From positions 52,940-116,939 of the forward strand of contig JAXDJO010000015.1 in assembly GCA_034667525.1 (NCBI GenBank): a DNA stretch of 64,000 nucleotides, read 5' to 3'. Of the stretch, positions 39,291 through 49,245 are shown piece by piece. This stretch comes from Actinomycetota bacterium. Its GTDB lineage: Bacteria > Actinomycetota > CADDZG01 > WHSQ01. The translations under genes were made by a program, and so were the position numbers. The notes under the pieces are model-generated. The model saw nothing but the letters and a program-made list of their open reading frames with translations. It was not told the origin of the DNA and did no database searches. Position 1 is the stretch's first letter, and each line of letters opens with the position of its first letter.

Positions 39291-40031
39291 TCACAGGACG
39301 TGAGAGAGGAAGTCCCTGCAGCGATCGTCGCTAGGATTGTCGAAGATCTCCTGCGGCGCCCCGTCTTCGAGGATCTTGCCATCATCCATGAAGAGCAGGC
39401 GATTTCCCACCTCTCGTGCGAACCCCATCTCATGTGTCACTACCACCATCGTCATGCCCTGCGTGGCCAGATCCTTCATCGTGTCCAGGACCTCTTTGAC
39501 GAGCTCGGGATCGAGGGCGGATGTCACCTCATCGAACAGCATCAGCTGGGGGCGCATGGCCAGCGCGCGCGCTATGGCGATCCGTTGCTGCTGCCCACCC
39601 GATAGCTGTCCTGGATGCGCATTGGCCTTGTGCTCCAATCCCACGTGCTTCAACTCTTCGATGGCACGCTCGTGAGCTTCGTCGGAGCTCAGGTGCAGCA
39701 CTTTCTCCAATGCCAGAGTGATGTTGTCGATGGCAGTCTTGTGGGGAAAGAGATTGAACGCCTGAAACACTATTCCGATACCGGTTCTCACCTTGTTCAC
39801 GTCGGTCCGGATGTCGGTGATCTCGGTCCCGTCGAACCAAACGCTGCCTTGGGTTGGCTCCTCCAATAAGTTGATGCATCTCAAGAGGGTGGACTTGCCC
39901 GAACCCGAGGGACCGATTAGAACCACGACCTGCTTGGGGTCCACCGCGAAATCGATGCCCTTGAGCACATGGAGATCGTGGAACCACTTATGGATCTCCT
40001 CGAGACGGACGAGAGACCCGTCTTCGTTCAC
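39291..40031 (-). CDS. Polar amino acid ABC transporter ATP-binding protein
   Basis: 246 aa with [24 protein letters not shown] and [10 protein letters not shown] (GlnQ/HisP-like). Confidence 0.92.
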   Translation of the reverse strand: MNEDGSLVRLEEIHKWFHDLHVLKGIDFAVDPKQVVVLIGPSGSGKSTLLRCINLLEEPTQGSVWFDGTEITDIRTDVNKVRTGIGIVFQAFNLFPHKTAIDNITLALEKVLHLSSDEAHERAIEELKHVGLEHKANAHPGQLSGGQQQRIAIARALAMRPQLMLFDEVTSALDPELVKEVLDTMKDLATQGMTMVVVTHEMGFAREVGNRLLFMDDGKILEDGAPQEIFDNPSDDRCRDFLSHVL

Positions 40032-41194
40032 AGACCCACGATTCCGGTCAGACCGCTGCGCAGCCGCTGTTCGACTGCATTTACCAGGCGGATCAGAGGG
40101 ATGGTGATGATGAGATAGCCGGCGGCCGCGGCTATCCAGAAGGTTCCGTTGAAGGTGTCGGAGACGCCCGAACGCGCGACATCCAGGATGTCTCGCTGAC
40201 CTAACTCCAGACCCAGAACCGTGATCAAAGCAGTGTCCTTTATGAGGATGACGAACTCGTTCATCAGAGGCGGGATGACGCGTCTTATGCCCTGCGGGAC
40301 GATGGCATAGCGCATCGCCTGAAGGTAGGTCATGCCCAACGATCGAGCGGCTTCCATCTGGCCGCGTTCTATCGATTGGATCCCCGCCCGAAATACCTCA
40401 GCAGAATAGGCACCCGTGTTGAGACTGAAAACTATCAACGCGGTTTGCAGAGTGCTCAGGTTCAGACGAAAGGCGAAAGCCAGGCCGAAGTAGAAGAACA
40501 ACAATTGCCAGATCAGCGGCGTTCCGCGGAAGAAGTTGATGTACGCGCGCGCCGGAGCCCGCACCGATCGGCGGTTGGAGAGGGTGAATACAGAAAGCGT
40601 CAAACCGATGATGATGCCGCCGACCTCTCCTCCGAAAGCCAGGAACAAAGTGATCACGGCTCCATGGACGAACGCTCCGTAGTACCCATGTAGCGCTTCG
40701 ACGTTGAAGAAGTTGTTGACGAAAGTGGTTAGAGCTCCTCTTCGAAACCAGAACAACAAGGCGGAAAGGACAACCGCCTGGATACCGAGCACCGCCCCCG
40801 CGATCATCTGTTCCCTCATGCGCTTGCTGGGCATCGTCCGGTATCGCCAGAAGCCGATAGCGATGGCGGATGCCCCGATTAGCAAGCCCGCCAGCAGAAG
40901 CGCGGTCTCCCACCCGGATTGGAAGCCCTGAACGACGTGACACACGCCTTCGGCCCCCACGATCGGCTTGTGGACGATCTTCGTTCCCACGGGTTTGGAG
41001 CTGAAGAGACCGGGGATCGAACGGCATGAACCGGACAAGGTCCCCCCGGCCACGGCATAGCCGATCTGCACCGCGAGGGTGCCGATCACCACTAAAGCAA
41101 GCGCCGATGCTCCCGCAGCGAGAGTTCCCGCGGGCAGGGGGGCCGTTCCTCCCCTTACATCCGGCGCCTTCTCCGCTACCTGGCTCATCACCAA
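40028..41194 (-). CDS. Amino acid ABC transporter permease with long N-terminal membrane extension
   Basis: 388 aa. The C-terminal half has the HisM/GlnP-type EAA loop ([21 protein letters not shown]). It overlaps the ATPase gene by 4 nt. Confidence 0.85.
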   Translation of the reverse strand: MVMSQVAEKAPDVRGGTAPLPAGTLAAGASALALVVIGTLAVQIGYAVAGGTLSGSCRSIPGLFSSKPVGTKIVHKPIVGAEGVCHVVQGFQSGWETALLLAGLLIGASAIAIGFWRYRTMPSKRMREQMIAGAVLGIQAVVLSALLFWFRRGALTTFVNNFFNVEALHGYYGAFVHGAVITLFLAFGGEVGGIIIGLTLSVFTLSNRRSVRAPARAYINFFRGTPLIWQLLFFYFGLAFAFRLNLSTLQTALIVFSLNTGAYSAEVFRAGIQSIERGQMEAARSLGMTYLQAMRYAIVPQGIRRVIPPLMNEFVILIKDTALITVLGLELGQRDILDVARSGVSDTFNGTFWIAAAAGYLIITIPLIRLVNAVEQRLRSGLTGIVGL

Positions 41195-41222
41195 CGGCTC
41201 CTTCCCCCACGCCGCAAAGACG

Positions 41223-41253
41223 AAAGACCCGCGCCTTCACAGCGCGGGTCTTT
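41223..41253 (-). terminator. Strong hairpin after the substrate-binding protein gene (intercistronic attenuator/terminator)
   Basis: AAAGACCCGCGC-cttcaca-GCGCGGGTCTTT forms a 12-bp perfect stem. It lies between the SBP stop (41267) and the permease start (41194). Confidence 0.5.
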
Positions 41254-41266
41254 TCGGATCATGACT

Positions 41267-42109
41267 CTAGTGAGGCATGTATTCGCTAGGCACCGGGTTA
41301 CTGGGAAAGTACTTTTTGAAGATCTTGACGTAGGTGCCGTCTGCCACGACCTGCTGGAAAGCCTTGTTCACGGCCACGGTCAGTTGGGGCGTGTCCGGTG
41401 CGAATGCGAACCCGTAGTGCTCGTGGGTGTCGATGGACTGGACCACCTTCAGGGAGGGCCGGTTTGCGACTTCACCAAGGGAAGACGTCTCATCGTTGAT
41501 GACACCCGCGATGCGGCCAGCTTCGAGATCGGTAAACGCGTCCGGCGCGCCTTGATAGGTCTTTATCGTGATGCCGTTCGGTTGCAGGTTCTTCTCCGCC
41601 CATGTGGCTCCAGTGGTTCCCTTCTGAACTCCCACGATGTCGCCACTCTTCAGGTCGTTGGTGGTCTTGATGGTGGGAGTCTTCTGCGAATTGATCGAAA
41701 GCGCCTGACGAGCGTTGTAATAGGGCTCTGAGAAGTTCACAGACTTGGCGCGTGCCGGAGTGATCGTTGAGGCTGCCGCAACCATGTCGAACTTATGGGC
41801 AGCCACGGCATTGAAGATCGTGTCGAAGTTGGCCTTGATCCAAACGACCTTGAGCCCCAGCTTCTGAGCGATCGCGTCGACCATGTCGACATCGAAGCCT
41901 GTCAACTTTCCCTGGTGCGTGTACTCGAAGGGTCGGTAATCAAGGCAGGAACCGACCTTGAGCTGCCCTTGGGTGAGTGTGGTGAACGAAGGGCTTGGTG
42001 AGTTTCCTCCCGCGGCAGGCGGGTTGTTGTTGTTGCTGCCGCAGGCTGCCAGCGCCAATACGGCCAGCGTCACTACCGCGGCCACCCTCAGTCGACTCAT
42101 CCGGCTCAT
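41267..42109 (-). CDS. Amino acid ABC transporter substrate-binding lipoprotein
   Basis: 280 aa with the lipobox LALAAC and a family 3 SBP pattern (GFDVDMVDAIAQKLGLKV). Confidence 0.85.
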   Translation of the reverse strand: MSRMSRLRVAAVVTLAVLALAACGSNNNNPPAAGGNSPSPSFTTLTQGQLKVGSCLDYRPFEYTHQGKLTGFDVDMVDAIAQKLGLKVVWIKANFDTIFNAVAAHKFDMVAAASTITPARAKSVNFSEPYYNARQALSINSQKTPTIKTTNDLKSGDIVGVQKGTTGATWAEKNLQPNGITIKTYQGAPDAFTDLEAGRIAGVINDETSSLGEVANRPSLKVVQSIDTHEHYGFAFAPDTPQLTVAVNKAFQQVVADGTYVKIFKKYFPSNPVPSEYMPH

Positions 42110-42168
42110 AGATCGTTCCCCCTTCGCTGCGTTGTCTCTCCCAGGCCGAGCTCTGCGTCACGCAATTC

Positions 42169-42900
42169 TCATTCCTCTCCTAGATAAGCCTTCCGTACCT
42201 GCTCGTTGCCAAGCAAAGCCCCAGCCTCATCCTCGAGAACTATCTCACCTGTCTCGATCACGTATCCGCGTTCCGCGGCCTGAAGCGCCATAGCCGCATT
42301 CTGCTCGATGAGGAGCACCGGCGTTCCTTGAGAGTTGATCTCGGCAATCACCTCGAAAACGCGCTCCACAATCTGAGGAGCCAATCCCATCGAGGGTTCA
42401 TCGAGCATCAATAAGTTGGGCCGGCTCATCAGCGCCCGTCCGATGGCAAGCATCTGTTGCTCGCCCCCCGACAGAGTGCCACCGGCTTGTTTACGGCGCT
42501 CTTTCAGCACGGGAAAGAGCTTGTAGATGCGCTCCTGATCGTCCAATATCTCTTTGTGGGGGGCTTTTGTCCTCTGGAACGCACCCATCGTCAGGTTCTC
42601 CGACACACTCATATTGGGAAAGATATGGCGACCTTCGGGAACCTGCACGATGCCCTTGGCGACGACGTCGTGGCTCAAAAGTCCCATGAGGCTTTGGCCC
42701 CTGAACGAGATATCTCCGTCAGAAGGCTGGTGCACCATCGAGATCGCCCGCAGTGTCGTGGTCTTTCCCGCCCCGTTTCCCCCGATGAGGGCCACAACCT
42801 CTCCTTCTCCCACAACCAGATCGATCCCCCTCACGGCCTCGATGCCGCCGTAGCGAACGTGAACGTTCTTGAGCTCGAGAAGCGGCGTCCCGTCAGCCAT
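42169..42900 (-). CDS. livF: Branched-chain amino acid ABC transporter ATP-binding protein (LivF-like)
   Basis: The start was moved to ATG 42900 (MADGTPLLELKNV), which gives an ATGGCTGA overlap with the livG stop. Contains GGNGAGKTT and LSGGEQQ. Confidence 0.9.
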   Translation of the reverse strand: MADGTPLLELKNVHVRYGGIEAVRGIDLVVGEGEVVALIGGNGAGKTTTLRAISMVHQPSDGDISFRGQSLMGLLSHDVVAKGIVQVPEGRHIFPNMSVSENLTMGAFQRTKAPHKEILDDQERIYKLFPVLKERRKQAGGTLSGGEQQMLAIGRALMSRPNLLMLDEPSMGLAPQIVERVFEVIAEINSQGTPVLLIEQNAAMALQAAERGYVIETGEIVLEDEAGALLGNEQVRKAYLGEE

Positions 42901-43699
42901 CCGCATCCTTGCTCGCGCCGTCTCTTCCTGGTTCACCGGCGCCCGTCCCCAGATACGCCTCGACCACCTTGGGATCGCGTTGCACCTCCTGCGGACGTCC
43001 TTCCGCGATGACCTCGCCGTGATCCAGGACCGCGACACGATCGGAGAGACCCATCACCACCTTCATGTCGTGCTCTATCAACAGCACGGTGACGCCGTCA
43101 TCGCGTATCTTTCGAACGAGATCGCGGAGAGAGTTCTTCTCTGCCGGGTTCATTCCCGCAGCCGGCTCGTCCAGTAAGAGAAGTCTGGGTTTGGTCCCAA
43201 GGGCTCGGGCGATCTCAAGCCGGCGCTGATCTCCGTAAGAAAGATTCCGCGCCACCTCGTTAGCGAACTTCTTGATGTCACAGTAGTCAAGGAGCTCGAC
43301 CGAGCGCCGCTCTCCCTCCTCCTCCTCGCGATGGAACCTCGGTCCTCTGAACAGCGCTCCGGGGATGCTGGTCTTGTGACGAGCGTCGACCCCCACAAGC
43401 ACGTTCTCCAAAGCGGTCATATTCGGAAAGAGGCGTATCTGCTGGAACGTGCGGCAGATCCCCATTTCGACGATCTGATCGGGACGCTTTCCGGTGATCG
43501 GTACATCGGCGAAAGTCACGCTGCCCTCACTCGGAGCGGTAACCCCTGTGATGCAGTTGAACAAGGTGGTTTTCCCGGCGCCATTCGGTCCGATGAGACC
43601 GAAGATCTCACCTTCGTCGATGTGCACGTCGATGTCCGAGAGAGCTCTCAGTCCCCCGAAGATCATCGACACGTCCTTCACCTCCATCAGTGGTGTCAT
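42893..43699 (-). CDS. livG: Branched-chain amino acid ABC transporter ATP-binding protein (LivG-like)
   Basis: 268 aa with GLIGPNGAGKTTLFN, LSYGDQRRLEIARAL and LLLDEPAAG. Confidence 0.9.
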   Translation of the reverse strand: MTPLMEVKDVSMIFGGLRALSDIDVHIDEGEIFGLIGPNGAGKTTLFNCITGVTAPSEGSVTFADVPITGKRPDQIVEMGICRTFQQIRLFPNMTALENVLVGVDARHKTSIPGALFRGPRFHREEEEGERRSVELLDYCDIKKFANEVARNLSYGDQRRLEIARALGTKPRLLLLDEPAAGMNPAEKNSLRDLVRKIRDDGVTVLLIEHDMKVVMGLSDRVAVLDHGEVIAEGRPQEVQRDPKVVEAYLGTGAGEPGRDGASKDADG

Positions 43700-44937
43700 C
43701 GCCGGGGCCCGCTCTCAGGCTCAGGCTTCGTGAGGTCTTCTTCGGCCGCCGTGTCTCTGGTCATCTGGCGGTCGACCCCCTCATCGCCTTCTCCCCCTTC
43801 GTGCAGCTCGGTGCGGCGACGTTTGGGGGCCAGAAGACCGCCGGAACGGAAGATCATCACGATCACCAACAGCAGTCCGAAGATGGCGACGCGCCCTGTA
43901 TCGGGATCGAATCCGAAGATCGTGTGGCCTCCTGCCAGAGTCCTGATCACCTCGGGAAGAGCGATGATCAAGATCCCTCCCACAACAGAGCCGGCGATAC
44001 TCCCCATGCCTCCGATCACCACCGCCGACAGCACCAGGATCGATTGGAGCAACGGGAAGCTGTCGGGGGAGATGAAACCCGTGTAGGACGCGTAGATCCA
44101 ACCTGCCACTCCACTCGTTGACGCGCCGATGACGAAGGCCAGCACCTTCATCCGAGTGACCGGAACGCCCATGGCCCCCGCCGCCACCTCGTCCTCCCGG
44201 ATCGCCGTCCAGTAGCGCCCCACTCGGGAGCCTTCGAGGTGGCGAAGCATGATGACCGCCAGGAGAACCGCGGGGATGAGCAGATACCACCAGTAGTACT
44301 CACTGGTAAGCCCGAATTCGAAGTTGAGGCCGAGGAGATGAACCGACGGACTCTCTATCCCAAAGATCCCCCGAGGACCGTTGGTGATCGAGATGTTGTT
44401 CATAGTAAGCAGCACGACTTCGTGGAAGCCCAATGTCACGATCGCCAGGTAATCGCCTCGCAGGCGCAGCGTGGGAAGGCCGATGGCAACTCCGGCAGCC
44501 ATCGCGACCAGCATCGCGAAAGGCAACGCCGCCCACACCGGCCACATCGCGAAGTGGAACTGATCCGGCGCTCCGGAGTGTGTCAGAAAGGCGGTGGTAT
44601 AGGCGCCGAGCATGAAGAAGGCGACGTAACCAAGGTCGAGCAGCCCCGCGAGGCCTACGACAACATTGAGACCTAGAGCAAGGAGGATCCAGATGCCGGT
44701 TCGAACCAGAACATCCTTGCCGTAGTTGCCGGTCAGGACGGGGAAGTAGCCGTTGTCCATGGCGTAGGGGATCAGCGCCATCAGTGCCGCGGCGACCAGG
44801 TAGCGGCCGTAGCCGATCCGCTGCCAACCGGTCCAAACCACGCCCGCCGGTTTGACGACCTCATCGGGCATCTTGCCCGAGAAGCGAGGGTAGTTAGCGT
44901 TCAGATAGGTCCGAAGATCGGTGCTCCGTCGCGCCAT
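43696..44937 (-). CDS. livM: Branched-chain amino acid ABC transporter permease (LivM-like)
   Basis: 413 aa, polytopic. It overlaps livG by 4 nt and has the typical LivM GYVAFF/ALRLRGDYLAIVTLG blocks. Confidence 0.88.
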   Translation of the reverse strand: MARRSTDLRTYLNANYPRFSGKMPDEVVKPAGVVWTGWQRIGYGRYLVAAALMALIPYAMDNGYFPVLTGNYGKDVLVRTGIWILLALGLNVVVGLAGLLDLGYVAFFMLGAYTTAFLTHSGAPDQFHFAMWPVWAALPFAMLVAMAAGVAIGLPTLRLRGDYLAIVTLGFHEVVLLTMNNISITNGPRGIFGIESPSVHLLGLNFEFGLTSEYYWWYLLIPAVLLAVIMLRHLEGSRVGRYWTAIREDEVAAGAMGVPVTRMKVLAFVIGASTSGVAGWIYASYTGFISPDSFPLLQSILVLSAVVIGGMGSIAGSVVGGILIIALPEVIRTLAGGHTIFGFDPDTGRVAIFGLLLVIVMIFRSGGLLAPKRRRTELHEGGEGDEGVDRQMTRDTAAEEDLTKPEPESGPRR

Positions 44938-44940
44938 CCC

Positions 44941-45876
44941 CTAGCCTCCGATCCTCTCTCCCAGAAGACCGGTCGGCTTGAAGATCAGAACGATGACGAG
45001 GATGACGAAGGCCACCGCATCGCGCCATTCGTTTCCCACACACGTAACGCTCATGTTCTCGATGAGCCCGAGGAGGATGCCGCCGAGCATCGCCCCGCGG
45101 ATATTGCCGATCCCTCCCAGAACGGCCGCTGTGAAAGCCTTGATCCCTGGAAGAAAGCCCATGTTGAATACGACGAAGCCGAACTGCAATGCGTACAAAG
45201 TGCCCGCTACGCCACCGAAGAAGCCTCCGATGATGAACGTCAGCATGATGACGCGATCGACGTTCACTCCCATCAACTGGGCCGCGACGACATCTTCCGA
45301 CAGAGCCCGGATGCTTCTGCCGGTGTTCGTCTGATTGATGATGCGATCGAGAGCGACGAGACAGACGACTGCCGTAACGGCGATGAGCACACCGATATTC
45401 GTCACGTTGGAGCCGAACAATCCGAAGGCCTTGGTGCTTGTCATGAAGTTCGGGAACGCCGGTTGACCTGGTCCGAGAAGGAAGTTCTGCTCCAGCAGGT
45501 AGGTAACGAAGAAGGAGGCGCCGATAGCACTGATCAGATATGAGAGGCGGGCGGCGTGACGTTTCCGCAAGGGTTTGTAGGCCAGCCGCTGCAACCCTGC
45601 AGCACCGGCGGCCGACGCGACGCCGCCGGCCAAAAGGGCGCCCACGATGATCATGATGAGGACGGCTCCGGCCGCAGGACTGTTGAGCCCGAGCCAGGTG
45701 CCAAAGGCATAGAAAACAGCCACGGCGCCGATCGTGAACACCGCGTCGTGGGCGAAGTTGATGAGCTTCAGCACCCCGTACACCATCGTGTAGCCGAGTG
45801 CGATGAGCGCGTATAAGAAGCCCAGGATGAGACCGGTGACGAAGGTCGGGCCGATCAATCCTGTGTTGCAGTGCAA
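44941..45876 (-). CDS. livH: Branched-chain amino acid ABC transporter permease (LivH-like)
   Basis: 311 aa, polytopic, with the GFLYALIALGYTMVYG N-terminal block. The exact start is uncertain. Confidence 0.88.
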   Translation of the reverse strand: MHCNTGLIGPTFVTGLILGFLYALIALGYTMVYGVLKLINFAHDAVFTIGAVAVFYAFGTWLGLNSPAAGAVLIMIIVGALLAGGVASAAGAAGLQRLAYKPLRKRHAARLSYLISAIGASFFVTYLLEQNFLLGPGQPAFPNFMTSTKAFGLFGSNVTNIGVLIAVTAVVCLVALDRIINQTNTGRSIRALSEDVVAAQLMGVNVDRVIMLTFIIGGFFGGVAGTLYALQFGFVVFNMGFLPGIKAFTAAVLGGIGNIRGAMLGGILLGLIENMSVTCVGNEWRDAVAFVILVIVLIFKPTGLLGERIGG

Positions 45877-45904
45877 ATGCTTCCCCCGTTGCCGACGCGG
45901 ATGC

Positions 45905-45947
45905 CCCCGATTGTCGGGGAAGCCGGGAGGGGGTGCAACCCCCTCCC
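45905..45947 (-). terminator. Two adjacent hairpins between the Liv-type SBP gene and livH
   Basis: GGGAGGGGG-tgcaa-CCCCCTCCC (45925..45947, 9-bp perfect stem) and CCCCGA-ttg-TCGGGG (45905..45919). Confidence 0.5.
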
Positions 45948-45966
45948 TAAGATCGTCTAGGTCGAG

Positions 45967-47172
45967 CTAGCCGCCGCTGATCACCTTCCCGGACGGGCCC
46001 ACCGACTTGAAGTCCTTGGCCGGAGTGCTCCACTTGTAGATCCAGATGTCCCTGGCGGGATCGACGACGAGGTTCCCGTCACTCTTGAAGGTATAGGTCT
46101 TGGTGATTCCCGGGGCGGCATGCAGGCCATGCAACGTGGAAACGATCCCGCTCCTGACGTCGGTGACCGACGCGCTGCCGCTCTGCTTCTTGAGGGCGTT
46201 TATCACGAGGTTCGTTGCGTCGAACGCATCCGCTTCGAAGGTGCCGACCCTGCCGTACTGGGCCTTCACACCGGTGACGAAGGCTTGGGCCGCGGGCAGC
46301 TTGGTCGGGTCGGCGCAGGGGCAGGTGACGATCGCACCTGCGGCCGCAGTCTTCGCCAGAGGGCCGAAAGCTGGGTCCTTGGTCCCGTCGTCGGAGACAA
46401 AGGTTGCCGACACGCCACCTTGCTTCAGCTGGAAGTCCAACGGCCCTGCTTGCGGGTAATAGCCACCGAAGTAGACCGCTTGGGGATTTGCGTTCTTTAC
46501 CTGTGCCACGACGGCGGAGTAGTCGTTCGACTTAGGGTCGATGTGGTACGGGCCTTGAACCGTTGTGCCCGACGAGTTCAGCCCGCTGGCGACGATGCCC
46601 GCAAGGGTCTTGCCATAGTCAGAGTTGTCGTCGATGACGGCAACAGACGAGGGCTTCAAGACCGATCCGATGTACTGGGCTGCAACAGGCCCTTGGTCTG
46701 CGTCATTGGCGACAGCACGGAAGAACGTGTTCCATCCGTGCTGGGCTATCGCTGGGTCGGTCGCCGACGGGGTGATGAACGGGATGCCGGCCTGGTTGAA
46801 GAGGGGGCCACTGGCGTTCGATTCTCCCGAGAAATAGGGTCCCACGACGGCCACGAGATCGCTGGTCTGTGCCAGCTTCCTGGCCAGGCCGGGTGCCTGA
46901 GTGGGATCGCCCTGACTGTCCTCCTTCAGCAGCGAGAGCTTGCACGGCACGCCGCCCTTCTTGTTGGCCGAATCGACCGCGTACGCAACCCCTTGCTCGA
47001 TCACCTGTCCAAGCGCTGCGGCGGGGCCGGAGAGGGCGCCCATCGTGCCGATGGTCCAGGTGCAGTTGGACCCACCAGAGGCTGAGTTGTTGTTCTTGTT
47101 GCTGCAGCTGACAGCCAGCAGCATGAGAACCGCCACCAGAGCAACCGAACGCAACCTTCTCGAAACCATCAT
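45967..47172 (-). CDS. Branched-chain amino acid ABC transporter substrate-binding lipoprotein (LivJ/K-like)
   Basis: 401 aa with a signal peptide and lipobox (LLAVSC) and the type I periplasmic binding fold pattern (VAVVGPYFSGES). Confidence 0.88.
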   Translation of the reverse strand: MMVSRRLRSVALVAVLMLLAVSCSNKNNNSASGGSNCTWTIGTMGALSGPAAALGQVIEQGVAYAVDSANKKGGVPCKLSLLKEDSQGDPTQAPGLARKLAQTSDLVAVVGPYFSGESNASGPLFNQAGIPFITPSATDPAIAQHGWNTFFRAVANDADQGPVAAQYIGSVLKPSSVAVIDDNSDYGKTLAGIVASGLNSSGTTVQGPYHIDPKSNDYSAVVAQVKNANPQAVYFGGYYPQAGPLDFQLKQGGVSATFVSDDGTKDPAFGPLAKTAAAGAIVTCPCADPTKLPAAQAFVTGVKAQYGRVGTFEADAFDATNLVINALKKQSGSASVTDVRSGIVSTLHGLHAAPGITKTYTFKSDGNLVVDPARDIWIYKWSTPAKDFKSVGPSGKVISGG

Positions 47173-47322
47173 GCAGGTACCCCCTTGCTCTGCTGGTTGA
47201 GTCGTGCCGTCCGCCTAAGCAAATGCTCGCCGTCGTCTTATTTGTCCTAGGTGGAAGCGCAACATATTAGGACTCACCGCCTACTACTGCAATGGGAAGG
47301 ACAGTAATCCAGCCGAGGGGGC

Positions 47323-47607
47323 CTAGGTCTTCGAGCGCAGCATCCGGTCGAGCAGACGGTCCTGCTCGCTCTGAAGCTCGGCGATGTCGGCCAGGGCGTG
47401 CTCCCGCTGCCGAACCAGACGCTGGAGGTCATCCCGCGCGTCGCGGTGATCGCGTTCGGAAAGTGGTGTCTCGGAGACGAGCATCCGGGTTTTGGCGTCC
47501 TCGACCACATCCATCTGGAACAGCAACTGTTCCTCGATGATGTGCAGATCGTCCCTTGCCTTGCCGATGCGGTGGTTCAGTTGAGCGAGGTTCTTCTCGA
47601 GGTGCAT
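47323..47607 (-). CDS. Hypothetical coiled-coil protein (94 aa)
   Basis: The start was placed at ATG 47607, because the longer track ORF would run through tRNA-Leu. Heptad-like, charged sequence with no recognised family. Confidence 0.5.
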   Translation of the reverse strand: MHLEKNLAQLNHRIGKARDDLHIIEEQLLFQMDVVEDAKTRMLVSETPLSERDHRDARDDLQRLVRQREHALADIAELQSEQDRLLDRMLRSKT

Positions 47608-47652
47608 GAGTGGCAAAAAGTATAGGTCTGGCGCCTCGCCCGGAGGCATCGG

Positions 47653-47736
47653 TGCCGGGAGCGGGACTCGAACCCGCACGGGCCGAAGCCCAATGGTGTT
47701 TGAGACCATCGCGTAAGCCAATTCCGCCATCCCGGC
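47653..47736 (-). tRNA. tRNA-Leu (anticodon CAA)
   Basis: Hand-folded: GCCGGGA acceptor, ATGGT-CTCAAAC-ACCAT anticodon arm, long variable arm TGGGCTTCGGCCCGT, GCGGG-TTCGAGT-CCCGC T-arm, discriminator A followed by CC. Confidence 0.92.
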
Positions 47737-47838
47737 GCGGCACGAATATACCGTCGTGCGGTTTGCGGGCGGTGCTTATCTGCCGGGCAGGCCGCTGTGG
47801 CCGGGGTCTGCGGCGACTCGGCGAGTAAAGTCTTCTAG

Positions 47839-48444
47839 GTGCACACCCATCAGCTGCTGAAGAGGATCGCCTCGGAAACGCCCAGCGCCGTGTGGGCGTC
47901 CAAAGCCCTGGCCAAGTATCTGATCGCAGACTTCGACATCCTCAGTTATTTCTTCTCGAGCGACGTACGCCCCGACCAACTCACCTCGGATGCGCATGAC
48001 CGGATTGACGATCTGCTATTGGTGACCCCCGGTGCTCTGACTTTCTACAGGTTGACCACCAGGGGATTGCAAGCTGGAAGCGACGGCACATGGATCGAGT
48101 CTCAACATCTCGAGAAGTCGGTGGTGCCGCTCACACACCTCGCAAACATGCACATGGATTGGGAGTCAAAGCGGCCGTTCGCTGGAGATGCCCCCGACCA
48201 CGATCCCGAGCTCCATCTGACGATCAAACTGGACATCGAGATACCTCCTCTGGGAAGAGAGATCAGGCTCCCCTACCGCGATGATGAAGCGCAAAGAGAC
48301 GCGGTCTCGATCAGACATCAGATCGAGACGTTCGCGGAAGCTCTGCTCTTGGAGGTCCACGATGAATTGCAGCCCGTCGTTCCGCTTGACCTGGATCTGG
48401 GATCGAGCGTGGAGACGCAGAGGATGCCGCACGCCGACGCGTAG
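47839..48444 (+). CDS. Hypothetical protein (201 aa)
   Basis: GTG-initiated ORF with codon usage typical of the window. No recognisable motif. Confidence 0.5.
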   Translation: MHTHQLLKRIASETPSAVWASKALAKYLIADFDILSYFFSSDVRPDQLTSDAHDRIDDLLLVTPGALTFYRLTTRGLQAGSDGTWIESQHLEKSVVPLTHLANMHMDWESKRPFAGDAPDHDPELHLTIKLDIEIPPLGREIRLPYRDDEAQRDAVSIRHQIETFAEALLLEVHDELQPVVPLDLDLGSSVETQRMPHADA

Positions 48445-48468
48445 GCAACCTGTACTTCGAGGTACCCG

Positions 48469-49245
48469 CTAAGCGCGGTCCAGGGCCTCCCTCACCTTTC
48501 TCAAGAAGTCGCGCGCCGCGGCGGAACCCTGTTCCAAGATCAGGTTCACCACCGTAGTTCCGATCACCACGCCGTCGGCAGACCGCGTCGCTTCCACCGC
48601 GTGCTCAACCGTCGAGACACCGATGCCGACCAGTACGGGAAGATCGGTTGCATCGCGGCACCTCGACACCACTCGCTCGGCGCGGTCAGACAACGATTCC
48701 CGGGTGCCGGTAACCCCAAGGGTGGAGACCGCATAGACAAAGCCGGTGGCGGATGCCGCAATTTTCGCTACTCGCTCCTGGGATGAAGTTGGTGCCACCA
48801 GGGGAACCCACGCGAGTCCTTCTTCTGCAGCGGCGGCCCTAAGGGAGACCGACTCCTCGATCGGAAGATCAGGCACGATCAATCCGTCGAAACCCGCCTT
48901 GGCCGCCTTCTTGCAGAACGGGCTCTCGCCGACTCGATGGATCGGGTTGTAATAGGTCATAGCCAATCGCGGCGCCGACTTGTCCACATGCCCGGTTAGC
49001 TCCAGAGCGTCGAGAGGGCCGACACCCCCGGCGATAGCACGCTCCCCTGCCGCAGTGATGACAGGTCCGTCCATGAGAGGGTCGGAGAAGGGCAAACCCA
49101 CCTCGACCGCGTCGGCGCAGCTCTCAACCGCCGAGAGAGCGTCGGCAAACGTGAACCTGTCGGGAGTTCCACCCATTACATAAGGAACCAGCAGCTTCTT
49201 GCCCTGGCCCCGCAACCGGTTCAAACGGTCGCGCAGTTCGGTCAT
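48469..49245 (-). CDS. trpA: Tryptophan synthase alpha chain
   Basis: The start was moved to ATG 49245 (MTELRDRL...), an ATGA overlap with the trpB stop. 258 aa with the [16 protein letters not shown] motif. The upstream 159 codons of the track ORF overlap trpB. Confidence 0.93.
   Translation of the reverse strand: MTELRDRLNRLRGQGKKLLVPYVMGGTPDRFTFADALSAVESCADAVEVGLPFSDPLMDGPVITAAGERAIAGGVGPLDALELTGHVDKSAPRLAMTYYNPIHRVGESPFCKKAAKAGFDGLIVPDLPIEESVSLRAAAAEEGLAWVPLVAPTSSQERVAKIAASATGFVYAVSTLGVTGTRESLSDRAERVVSRCRDATDLPVLVGIGVSTVEHAVEATRSADGVVIGTTVVNLILEQGSAAARDFLRKVREALDRA

Noticed and set aside
47608-47730. The N-terminal 41 codons of ORF 47323..47730.
   Set aside because: This part reads through the tRNA-Leu gene (47653..47736). 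The ORF was trimmed to ATG 47607.
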